Positions 43,201 to 49,864 of a stretch of 64,000 nucleotides of DNA are shown one piece after another. The stretch spans positions 73,330,413 through 73,394,412 of the forward strand of contig NC_090378.1 of assembly GCF_036365525.1 (NCBI RefSeq), written 5' to 3'. The translations under genes were made by a program, and so were the position numbers. The stretch's first letter is position 1, and every line of letters starts with the position of its first letter. This stretch comes from Heterodontus francisci. Its lineage: Eukaryota. The notes under the pieces are model-generated. The model did no database searches and was not told the DNA's origin. It worked only from the letters and a program-made list of their open reading frames with translations.

Positions 43201-43523
43201 CTGTCAGTGCTTGGCTCCTCATTATTTTTACGATAAAGACTAGCTATGCAGTGCTTGATCCGATCCTTCTCTACAAGCAGCTTCTGCAAACGTTCAATAG
43301 ACAGTGCCTCAATCCTTGCAATGACTGTGTCAAACCTGTAGATACGATCTAACATGAAAGCACATTTGCTGCAAGCAAACTCTGCCTTTCCATCTCGGGA
43401 CACCTCTTTGCCCAGTATGTGGGATAGGATGACCTGTAGGTTGAGTTTGGAAGCTGTGTGAAAGATCCATCGCCGCTGGTTACCACACAGTTCCCGGGCA
43501 CAGATCCTACAAACCTCCTTCAT
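4017..43523 (-). CDS. PDE4DIP: Myomegalin / PDE4D-interacting protein, short MMG8/SMYLE-type isoform, 17 exons, ~1181 aa: complement(join 42348..43523, 35131..35268, 33186..33305, 30964..31056, 28573..28794, 27404..27562, 24816..24929, 21616..21753, 18116..18295, 16906..17100, 13532..13720, 9692..9797, 8827..8954, 7442..7558, 6795..6932, 5506..5618, 4017..4236)
   Basis: Exons read by hand on the minus strand, all flanked by AG/GT. Phases add up to 3546 nt with no internal stop. Peptides follow the recalled human myomegalin sequence in order (MKEVCRICARELCGNQRRWIFH..., RAIDEKF, DLQMQLV..PAMERLTQE, AERQLY.SLVKFH). Confidence 0.9.
5103..5146. repeat. 44-bp direct repeat of 3973-4017
   Basis: attttcaaggtaaccacca(t)cccacactcc[g/a]ctgcaccagca[c/t]gc. 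Confidence 0.9.
5506..5618 (-). CDS. PDE4DIP: PDE4DIP exon (LICALEEQTLEQSRLSEALRAERQLYNSLVKFHTQTD)
   Basis: ttggcag| acceptor, AG|GTAAGA donor, 113 nt phase 0-2. Confidence 0.92.
6232..6372 (-). mobile_element. CR1 LINE 3' end fragment
   Basis: Homologous to 10206-10353 and to the reverse complement of 63190-63268 (ccattcaataagatcatggctgatc). Confidence 0.7.
6795..6932 (-). CDS. PDE4DIP: PDE4DIP exon (DLQMQLVQPCEFPAMERLTQELLVLRDRVANMESSTQRIRGKKHHE)
   Basis: ccacag| acceptor, GAG|GTATAT donor, 138 nt. Confidence 0.92.
7442..7558 (-). CDS. PDE4DIP: PDE4DIP exon (LELATLQSALSNQEREFQRQTVEIEALSNNIRIKEECIK)
   Basis: ttccttctcag| acceptor, AAG|GTCCGT donor, 117 nt. Confidence 0.9.
8827..8954 (-). 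CDS. PDE4DIP: PDE4DIP exon (ALQATLDGDEAMADSEQEDIRQVELDQVKEELQLVLRKEKETR)
   Basis: ttctcttgttaacag| acceptor (phase 1), AGG|GTGAGT donor; resembles recalled human KEELELMAKKERESQ. Confidence 0.88.
9692..9797 (-). CDS. PDE4DIP: PDE4DIP exon (ELVQDGQSKNEPSLQPEKMEASEPIDTQQNTNEKE)
   Basis: ctcttcag| acceptor, G|GTGGGT donor, 106 nt phase 0-1; its phase matches the next exon's aacag|CA acceptor. Confidence 0.8.
10206..10353 (-). mobile_element. Short CR1 3' tail inserted in the older CR1
   Basis: TSD agctt at 10201-10205 and 10354-10358; acatacaa-type microsatellite tail. Confidence 0.75.
11452..11724 (+). mobile_element. LTR plus primer-binding-site remnant inserted in CR1
   Basis: Starts TGTTG, interrupts CR1 (cagtatc|cttggatgcatccc), ends with TGGTGGCAGC (PBS-like) at 11711-11720. 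Confidence 0.55.
13532..13720 (-). CDS. PDE4DIP: PDE4DIP exon (DAAERLTRTLVEKNHELQALRRQL...LLQEKDRLIH)
   Basis: ttgctcag| acceptor, CAT|GTAAGT donor, 189 nt. Confidence 0.92.
14309..16423 (+). mobile_element. 5'-truncated non-LTR retrotransposon (CR1/Jockey group) with disrupted RT
   Basis: ALDIKAAFDRVWH, GVPQGSILGP, MFADDCT motifs across several frames; 3' tail caattagggatgggcaataaatgctgg...catgaatgaat(A)n. Confidence 0.92.
16906..17100 (-). CDS. PDE4DIP: PDE4DIP exon (DLTVVLMNKVSVGSDEVMEQLRLRLQLKERMLQEVLTDR...HDQQMK)
   Basis: ctggcag| acceptor, AAG|GTAATG donor, 195 nt. Confidence 0.92.
17472..17715 (+). mobile_element. CR1 LINE 3' end
   Basis: gagatgaggagaaattcttcactcaaagggttgtgaatc... 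homologous to 63020-63268. Confidence 0.8.
18116..18295 (-). CDS. PDE4DIP: PDE4DIP exon (SLESLMKGKDLELEQITVTYKNLQWLKQEVEEK...LHNCNKEVE)
   Basis: ttttcag| acceptor, GAG|GTAGGG donor, 180 nt; within ORF 17978..18328. Confidence 0.92.
19789..21491. mobile_element. Internally deleted PIF/Harbinger DNA transposon
   Basis: Left end ggacagaattttccc; + strand transposase remnant (FRRLRLARHVTTDICSLLE); - strand Myb/SANT-like remnant (LEVLLQ..KQAWIEVAEEVS..WRQCTKRIQDL). Confidence 0.75.
21616..21753 (-). CDS. PDE4DIP: PDE4DIP exon (RAIDEKFCTLEEKESEIQKLHLALREKERDLERFRCIFSNNEETIN)
   Basis: ttctag| acceptor, AAT|GTAAGT donor, 138 nt. Confidence 0.93.
22345..22957 (-). mobile_element. tRNA-derived SINE with a 3' tail shared with the 14.3-kb LINE; interrupted by a solo LTR
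   Basis: Head tagtggtaatgtcactg..gagttcaaatcc (A/B boxes); tail caagggcaattagggatgggcaacaaatgc; uninterrupted copy at 29249-29666. Confidence 0.85.
22563..22802 (+). mobile_element. 240-bp solo LTR
   Basis: TGTTAG...CTAACA termini, 5-bp TSD CATTA, TATATATAAA at 22665, AATAAA at 22731. Confidence 0.85.
23271..23465 (-). mobile_element. 5'-truncated HE1-like SINE with poly(A), nested in a Deu-type SINE (~23102-23640)
   Basis: Homology to 25965-26140; T-run at 23271. Confidence 0.8.
24816..24929 (-). CDS. PDE4DIP: PDE4DIP exon (QYIELFDCQQNEEQSGEERGALVDKLRERIKERDKALE)
   Basis: ttcgtag| acceptor, GAG|GTAGGT donor, 114 nt. Confidence 0.9.
25957..26287 (-). mobile_element. HE1-like V-SINE (shark tRNA-derived SINE with CR1-type tail)
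   Basis: tggtgcagtggttagcaccgcagcctcacagc..ccgggttc head; V-domain gtgggtttcc..ggtgctccggtttcctcccaca; tail gggccgaagggcctgtttcagtgctgta. Confidence 0.88.
27404..27562 (-). CDS. PDE4DIP: PDE4DIP exon (ELRSSLQQVRQELLVKEQHYQALEREHQREVHVQGENIQCLKERLQDKEHFLQ)
   Basis: ttttag| acceptor, CAG|GTACAA donor, 159 nt. Confidence 0.9.
28573..28794 (-). CDS. PDE4DIP: PDE4DIP exon (STDGQLAPPHAQQQAELLELQSTSFSNQLKLQRSQRIIRQKE...TIRHNQ); alternative in-frame acceptor at 28812
   Basis: CAA|GTAAGC donor; acceptors tgtcag| (222 nt) or ttgtag| (240 nt), both phase 0. Confidence 0.88.
29249..29666 (-). mobile_element. tRNA-derived SINE, full-length copy of the same family
   Basis: End-to-end homology to 22345-22957 without the LTR. 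Confidence 0.85.
30964..31056 (-). CDS. PDE4DIP: PDE4DIP exon (VEELYRVINSQNETQAKLREILHRSQLENLK)
   Basis: ccctcag| acceptor, AAG|GTAGGT donor, 93 nt; matches recalled human EELYQVIEGQNDTMAKLREMLHQSQL. Confidence 0.92.
32080..32440 (+). mobile_element. CR1 LINE 3' end (old)
   Basis: CR1 ORF2-end and 3' UTR signature (...aaatggccttctcctgtgctg). Confidence 0.7.
32449..33103. mobile_element. Non-autonomous Harbinger-type MITE
   Basis: TIRs cagcagaattttcctg / caggaaaattcagccc. Confidence 0.7.
33186..33305 (-). CDS. PDE4DIP: PDE4DIP exon (MLQENLREMESELKAVRYAAQKQERTQLGLNEALKNKEKE)
   Basis: ttctccag| acceptor, GAG|GTAAAT donor, 120 nt. Confidence 0.92.
34143..34555 (+). mobile_element. SacSINE1/Deu-domain-like SINE; related copies near 12120-12430, 13810-14005, 19015-19350, 26430-26810(-), 29015-29735, 46280-46870(-), 48790-49010, 51150-51350, 53330-53530
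   Basis: tggctcagttggtagcactc..ggttcaagtcc head; ctttcagatgaga..aaac, gtaaaagatcccatggcac, ctggccaacatttatccctca core. Confidence 0.8.
35131..35268 (-). CDS. PDE4DIP: PDE4DIP exon (NLIEEQQQQLNQYESAAGQCVSELQKAQVQVHGLQGRIQESESANK)
   Basis: ctcccccag| acceptor, AAG|GTGAGC donor, 138 nt phase 0-0, coiled coil. Confidence 0.9.
37985..38085 (-). mobile_element. Degenerate PLE pseudo-LTR fragment with hammerhead remnant
   Basis: Reverse complement ctgatgaaggatcatcaacctgaaatgttaatt; homologous to 45135-45264. Confidence 0.6.
40700..40915 (+). mobile_element. Ancient LF-SINE-like remnant (weaker copies ~7130-7330, ~27860-28030)
   Basis: cctttcacctc..ctgggctcaaatc..gtgcaatgagtttgggcagtctcaattcatttcttag resembles the recalled LF-SINE consensus. 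Confidence 0.45.
42170..42190 (+). repeat. G21 homopolymer
   Basis: 21 consecutive G. Confidence 0.9.
42348..43523 (-). CDS. PDE4DIP: PDE4DIP internal first coding exon (SMYLE-type N-terminus, 392 aa; CRIC/CSKC motifs, SKLPIP EB-binding motif)
   Basis: ORF 42333..43652 from its Met44 (ATG at 43523): MKEVCRICARELCGNQRRWIFHTASKLNLQVILSH...; donor CAG|GTACTT at 42347. Confidence 0.95.
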
Positions 43524-43849
43524 TCTCCAACATGGAGTTAACTGTGCACTAAAAATGATAAAATGCACAAGGTCAACCAGCCATAATACTAAAGCTGAAA
43601 TATAAATATCACAACCTTGGTCTATCCTATACAACGGGCCTTGACCTTTCACCTAGGTTTCTCAATAAGTAAAAGACCTTTTATATCAATAAGTAACGTT
43701 TCAGTACTAAAGCTTCAAATAACCAGGCCAGCAGGAAGTCGACCTACAAGCAGTGCTTGTAATCAAACCACCGAAATTACACAACCTCCTTTCCAGGGCC
43801 TATAGCTGGGTTCTGCTTCAATGCTGGGTTGTCAGTCACTCAGTTCGGT

Positions 43850-44780
43850 CGATGGTTTCTCCCTGGCGCCAATTCAGATATGTTTAACACCAGTTTTGGC
43901 GCTTCCTAGAACCATCTCAAAACGTAGAACGGAGGCGCCACCTCACATCTCGATGCAAATATCACGGTTTTAAATTTATCTTCCATAAACATACACTGCA
44001 ATAAATTATCAATTAAAATCAGCACATCTCATATAATTCACTGATCCGTGGTTTCCTGTGTCTCCAGTGAAAGGCAATGCAATTACAGGTGAATCAAAAA
44101 GCGAACAGTGCTTTGTACGTTTCCCAGAAACAAGATTCCGCCCCCACCCCCTAAGAATTCAGGGAGTATGCCGATGGTTTAAGGCAAACCGAGTGTCATT
44201 GTGATCTATAAAATCCCGGGTCCGGTGAATGCACATCAGCCTGTTTTATTCTTGATACATTTCTGAAGTATCTCAGTGCCGACTGGAACACTGCATATGG
44301 TAGGAAATATCTCTTAATTTACTCCAGCAGCTTCGACCAGAGGAAGAACCATGTCACGACCGAGGGCAGACAATCACACCATCATCCTCTTATCTCTGCT
44401 GCTCCCAGTTAGAGGTGAAGGGGAGAGGAATTTAATATCAGAGCTGGGGCACCGCCCACTGAGTATCAAACAAAGCTGCAGTTGACGAGTGACGGGACAG
44501 ACTGAAGGAGATTCTCGCTGCTGATATTGTTCGAATTGATTAAATCACGTCCCGTTATGTGGGTTTCCCGGATACAATGTCACTAAGACGGGAAACTGCT
44601 GCTTGCAACCATCTAACCCGGCAGTGATGTGGCAACACTGTAGCTGAAGCTGACAGTGCTACAGGGATCTGGGACAAACCATCTGCCACTTGGGGGAGGA
44701 CCCGCTACACTCTGCGCGTCTTAAGCTGAATGCAGGGTCACATACTGCGCTGCCATTTACGACGAAATAACCTTATGGGT
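43850..44780 (-). promoter_or_regulatory. Putative internal promoter / 5' UTR of the short PDE4DIP isoform
   Basis: No recognisable repeat, visibly more CpG than the surrounding introns, directly upstream of the internal ATG exon; TSS not determinable. Confidence 0.35.
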
Positions 44781-44918
44781 TAAAATTCAATTCCGGGAGG
44801 TATGCCACAGGAATGAGAATTCTGCAGCCATCTGAAAGGAAGGCTTCTATCTTAAGTCGCACCCGACTGTATTGTGGTATGGTTCTCTTCCTGGTAAGGC
44901 GACCACAATTAACATGCA

Positions 44919-45264
44919 TATATAAAACCAAAATACTGCAGATGCTGGAAATCTGAAATAAAAACAAGAAATGCTGGAACCACTCAGCAGGTCTGGCAGC
45001 ATCTGTGGAAAGAGAAGCAGAGTTAACGTTTCGGGTCAGTGACCCTTCATCGGAACTGGTCGGAGAGAGGAGCAGAACTTCTTCAAGGTAGGCATTCCTG
45101 GAAGAGAAGTGGCAGTGAATTAAACACTAAAATAAAAGCAAAATACTGCGGATGCTGGAAATCTGAAATAAAAACAAGAAATGCTGGAACCACTCAGCAG
45201 GTCTGGCAGCATCTGTGGAAAGAGAAGCAGAGTTAACGTTTCGGGTCAGTGACCCTTCATCGGA
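44919..45264 (-). mobile_element. Young Penelope-like/retrozyme-type partial tandem (210-bp period) with 14-bp TSD
   Basis: Two near-identical ~130-bp direct repeats (from ~44925 and ~45135); flanked by acaattaacatgca at 44905-44918 and 45265-45278. Confidence 0.8.
45021..45057 (-). ncRNA. Minimal type I hammerhead ribozyme motif (PLE-type), copy A
   Basis: Minus strand: AGTT-CCGATGA-A-GGGTC ACT GACCC-GAAAC-GTT^AACT. Helix I AGTT/AACT, helix II GGGTC/GACCC, palindromic ACGT helix III; core has a U4C variant. Confidence 0.7.
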
Positions 45265-45266
45265 AC
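45231..45266 (-). ncRNA. Minimal type I hammerhead ribozyme motif, copy B
   Basis: Same core as copy A, offset by 210 nt (upstream on the minus strand); helix I GTT/AAC. Confidence 0.65.
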
Positions 45267-45275
45267 AATTAACAT

Positions 45276-45773
45276 GCACCTCATTTATCGATTCGGTACG
45301 CGACAGCCTACCGGACTGAACAATGAGTTCAATAATTTCAGAACATGATTGGTCCTTTTTCAGTTTTACATTGTATTTCATTTTATTTTGTTTCATCATT
45401 ACATTTTTTTTAACCATGTGCCTGTCCACTTTAAAACATTTTTTCATGTTTTTGCTTGTGGCTGGGGCTTTACTTGTTCTGCCAGTTAATACCCTCTCTG
45501 CACTAACGCTTTGTATTTCACCACATCTTTAACACACTCTTTACCTTTGCCCCATGACCTTGTCAGTTATTCTCTGTGACCCTCTGTCCTATCAACATCT
45601 TCCCATTTGTTCTCTTTTGACCCACCCCCACTTTATTTGCTTAAAACCTATTACATTTCTAACCTTTGTCAGTTCTGATGAAAGGTCCACTGACTTGAAA
45701 TGTTAACTTTGCTTCTCTCGCCATAGATGCTGCCAGACCTGCTGTGTATTTCCAGCACTCTTTTGGTTTTATT
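45276..45773 (+). mobile_element. 5'-truncated Penelope-like element (GIY-YIG ORF C-terminus, 3' UTR, pseudo-LTR)
   Basis: 45277-45348 encodes HLIYRFGTRQPTGLNNEFNNFRT*, typical of a PLE ORF end; hammerhead-bearing repeat; TSD acaattaacat at 45265-45275 and 45774-45784. Confidence 0.8.
45671..45708 (+). ncRNA. Degenerate hammerhead motif, copy C
   Basis: AGTT-CTGATGA-AAGGTC CACT GACTT-GAAAT-GTT AACT; canonical core but helix III C>T. Confidence 0.55.
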
Positions 45774-47419
45774 ACAATTAACATATCTTTCTCCAGCTCA
45801 GTTACATGTAGCACCTGGCACCGTGTGCCAATGCATTGGCTGCAGCATTGGCTCGCATCCCAGCTACCGGCTGAAGAACACATTTAAAAAAAAACTTCAA
45901 ACGGAAATTTGTTTCCTCTTTATCATGGATAAAAGACTGACTATTGTGAAAACGCTGCACGTTTCAACAGGCTGGAGCGATAATCTTGTTTCGAGCATGA
46001 TCGGCTTGGCAAACACATTGCGTTGTGCGAGATTGGTGCGCACTGTGAGAAAATCCCCAGCGGTTGACGTTGCAGTCACTTTAAAAATACAACTGATCTC
46101 GCGCACCCTTAAAATATCAGTTTGTAATGAATGTTCCTAATGTCTCACATCCTGTTTTAAGTGAAGAGGTTTGAATTTGTCAAGATATAATCTGATAATC
46201 CATAAAAAGTTACAATACAACAATTTTTTAAGTTACAAACATTGTTGCGACTTTAAAATGGTGATGCTTAACAAAAAGAAAACGCTTGTATTTATTAAAG
46301 CACCTTTCATGACCTCAGGACCTCTTAAAGTGTTTTGCAGCCACAAGTACATTTGAAATGTAGTAACTGTTTGTATAGAAATGCACCAGCCAATTGGCAC
46401 AGGGCAAGGTCCCACAAACAGCAGTTAGATAAGTAACCAGATAACTGAAGCCGTTACCAGGGACGCGGCGGCCGCCCCCTCTTCAGCATCGGGGGCGGCC
46501 ACTCCACCCCCTCTATTTAAATGAGTCTCCGCGCATAACATCAGGGACAGCGCATCCTGCGGAATGCATGCTGCCATCAGAGTGCGCCGCCATGAACTGC
46601 GCGCACTCGTAAAATTCAGGCCGTTGGCTTGTCACCACATTCTGAAGGGCAGTTAAGGATGGGTAGTTAAGTAAGGGTGGTGATGTTGGTTGAGGGATAA
46701 ATATTGGCCAGGACACCTCACCTGCTCTTATCTGAATACTACCATGTGATTTTTCTTTTTATGTCCACTTGAGAGTGCAGATGGGGTGTCAGTAAAACAG
46801 TGCAGCACTGAAGTAACACCTCGATTATGTGCTCATGTTTCTGGAGTTGGGTTTATACCCATGACCACCTAACTCAAACAAGAGGATCAGATGGTAAGAG
46901 CATCAGTTAGAGATTTGGATGAATGTTTTACTTTTTAAGTGTATATAAAATGGGAGATTACGTTTAGAGCTATGGAGAAAGCGCGAACCTACAGACTTGA
47001 GCTATCGTTATATGGAGTGTTGTATTTCAAGGTGTAGAGCACACGGAGATTCTTTTTTGGTATTCATTGACTTTGTTCTGAAGCTTGTCGATTGTCTGGC
47101 CTCGTCCTGTTGTTGAAGGTGAAAAGAGTGGACAAGGATCAGTGTGAAGCACTTTTACTTGGAAACACTGCTGTGCAGATTTACTTCCTGGACGAGACAG
47201 AAGCCCTGCAACGATAGACAATGATGAAACAACATGTGGGATGATTCAGGCAACTGTAGCTGTAGATTCACTGTGGGCAGTTTGGTACCCCTGTTGCTTG
47301 CTACTGGGCGTCTGAAGCCACATTATCATTCAGCAACTCCCCAAATAACTGAGCATCCATATTTTGGATTTACACTGCTCACTGAATGGTGTCAGTATTG
47401 GCTCAATGGGTAGCACTCC

Positions 47420-47976
47420 ATTGTCCTTTTAGGGGAGAAAACCTACTCTGGTCTATATATGACTCGAGACCCACAGTAGTGTGGTTGATTCTTAACTGCC
47501 TTCTGAGATGGCCTAGCAAGCCACTAATTCAGTTGTTTCAAGAAGTTGGGCTGAAGTTTACCGGCCCCTCGACGCCACAGATTGTGGCGTGGGGGCTGGT
47601 AAAGTTCTGCAGGGAGAGGCCCGCCTTAACCCGCGACTTCGAGAAGGGCCCACTACATATTACCGGTGGTGAGGGGACCTCGGTGCAGCCCCCCCCCTCC
47701 CCGTCACCTGGCGGCGGACCTTTCACCTCCATTTTAAAATTAACCCTAATGATACTTAAATTAACTTACCTGCAGGTGGCAGCTGTCCCATGCTGATTTT
47801 ACGGCCTCCTTTCAGCCTTTGGGATGCACGCTACAATCAGAATGCGCCATGAACTGCGTGCACTCATAAAATTCACGCCATTGGCTTGTCACCACACTCT
47901 GAAGGGCAGTTAAGGATGGGCAAATAAATGCTGGCCTGGCCAACAATCCCCACATACCATGAATGAATGAAAAAAA
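47420..47976 (+). mobile_element. SINE body and LINE-derived tail hosting the MITE
   Basis: Reverse-complement homology to 22345-22500; ends gggcaaataaatgctggcc...catgaatgaatg(A)n. Confidence 0.7.
47548..47879. mobile_element. Harbinger-type MITE inside a SINE
   Basis: TIRs gggctgaagtttac / ataaaattcacgcc; 3-bp TSD gtt/att. Confidence 0.7.
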
Positions 47977-48119
47977 ACACCTCAGTGGGGAAGGCATTAG
48001 GAAAGATGCCCAAAGTATGGTTAGCCTCTTAACCAGGCCATCTTGCTACAACTGATTGCAGTGCAAAGAGTAGCCTGTCATTTAATAAAATAAACAGAAC
48101 GTGACAGAACCTTCAAGAC

Positions 48120-48560
48120 AGTTCACAAGATACAGAACAAGGAACTGTGCTGATAGCAAGCCAGTTATTATCCTATGACATTGATATCGTTGCACTGAAC
48201 CTGGAGGGAATGGGGCAACTGCTGAAAGATGGCAATGGCCTTACCTCCTTCTGGAGGGGTTCAATAGTTAAGCCACCAAGTGCTATTGCCACATGATTTG
48301 TGATTCTTAAATATCACTGCAAAGTTGGATTTTCTCAGAAAAGATTCTGGCTGTGAGACTGAAACAAAAAGAATGCTAGCAATATCATTAGTGACTTTGC
48401 ACCAATGATTTAGGTGATGTGATCGTTTAACATCATCAGCAGACAAACTGATCTTCATGGGAGATTTCAATGTTTAGGTTGGTAGGAATGCCACCAGCTG
48501 AAATGATAAGTTGGCTCAATGGTATTGTCCTCACCTCTTGAACTCCCAACCAATGGATTT
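48120..48560 (+). mobile_element. Ancient RTE-clade LINE endonuclease fragment
   Basis: Decayed peptides TVLIASQLLSYDIDIVAL..GMGQLLKDGNGLTSFWRG and DKLIFMGDFN. Confidence 0.6.
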
Positions 48561-48574
48561 AGCATACCTTTTTT

Positions 48575-48782
48575 TAAATTCTTTCACGGGATGTGGGCGT
48601 TGCTGGCTAGGCCAGCATTTATTACCCATCCCTAATTGCTCTTGAGAAGGTGGTCCTGAGCCGCCGCCTTGAACCACTGCAGTCCTTGTGGTGTAGGAAG
48701 AGAATTCCAGGATTTTGACCCAGTGACAGTGAAGGAACGGCGATATACTCCCAAATCAGGATGATGTGTGGCTTGGAGGGCC
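48575..48782 (-). mobile_element. 3' fragment of the same LINE family
   Basis: Reverse complement of 16210-16420 (HHPDL..YRRSFTVTGSKSWNSLP). Confidence 0.85.
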
Positions 48783-49227
48783 TGAGTGTTCAGTCCAATA
48801 TTTACGGAGTGTTGCATGGTCAAATGTAGTCTTTCGAATGAGATGTCTAATTAATCTGCAGGTTCCGATCCCACAGCATAAATAAAAGAGCAATATTTAT
48901 TCCTCAATCCACATCAATAAAAATAGATTAACTGCTTGACTGATCTTGCTGTACAAAATTGCCTGCTGTGTTTACCTACTTAACTGTGACTACACTTCAA
49001 AAGTAATCCATCTCTCTCCCCCTTTTTTCAATTAATTGGTTAGATGACAGTCTCAACTCATTTTAATCCCTGACAAACAGCCATGTTTCCTCATAACCAA
49101 ATTCCAGTTTAATGGAAATTACTTACAACAATTTTTGTTCTCATTAAGATCTATTGGGAAAGCAAGTAGTTTCCTCATACCTCTGTCTGTATTTTCTTGG
49201 AAAATGTTACTTCAGCTATAGCCTCAA

Positions 49228-49680
49228 TTTAGTTTGCAGTTCTGGTCTCCATATCTAAGGAAGGATATTCATGCTATGGAGGCGGTACAGTGAAGGTCCA
49301 TTAGATTGGTTCCTGAGATGACAGGATTGTACTATGATGACAGGCTGAGTAAATGGGGCTTATACTCTCTGCAGTTAAGAATGAGAGGTAATCTCATTGA
49401 AACATGCAAGATTCTGAAAGGGCATGACAGGGTAGACACTGAGAGGGCGTTTCCCCTGGCTGGAGAATCTGGAACATGGGTCACATCCTCAGGATAAGGG
49501 ATCAATCATTTAGGACTGAGATGAGGAGAGATTTCTTCACTCAGAGACTTGGAATTCTCTGGACATGGGGAATAGGCAGGAAAGTGGAGTTAAGGCAGAA
49601 GAATAGCTATGATCATATTGAATGTTGGAGCAGGCTTGAGGGGCTGTATGGTTTACTCCTGCTTTTAATTTCTTATGTTC
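49228..49680 (+). mobile_element. CR1 LINE 3' end
   Basis: Peptide VPEMTGLYYDDRLSKWGLYSL..RMRGNLIETCKILKG; CR1 tail. Confidence 0.85.
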
Positions 49681-49864
49681 AATCAATAGCTAGTTAATTT
49701 TGCTGAGTAACGTAAATCACAATTGAACATCCTTGTGAAAAAATGAAGACTTGAATTGGTACAGTGCCTATGTCTCAAAAAAGCCCCAAAGTGCTACAGA
49801 GAATGAACTAGGGTACAGGAACTGTTATTACATGTGGAAATATAGCAGTTATTTTGCACTCAGC

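Noticed and set aside
43524-43652. 43-aa N-terminal extension of the 439-aa ORF
   Set aside because: Begins at GTG; similarity to myomegalin starts at Met44 (43523), so this is treated as 5' UTR.
44925-45264. Direct repeats with a spacer as a CRISPR array
   Set aside because: Only two ~130-bp repeats in vertebrate DNA, with a TSD and PLE hallmarks; no cas genes.
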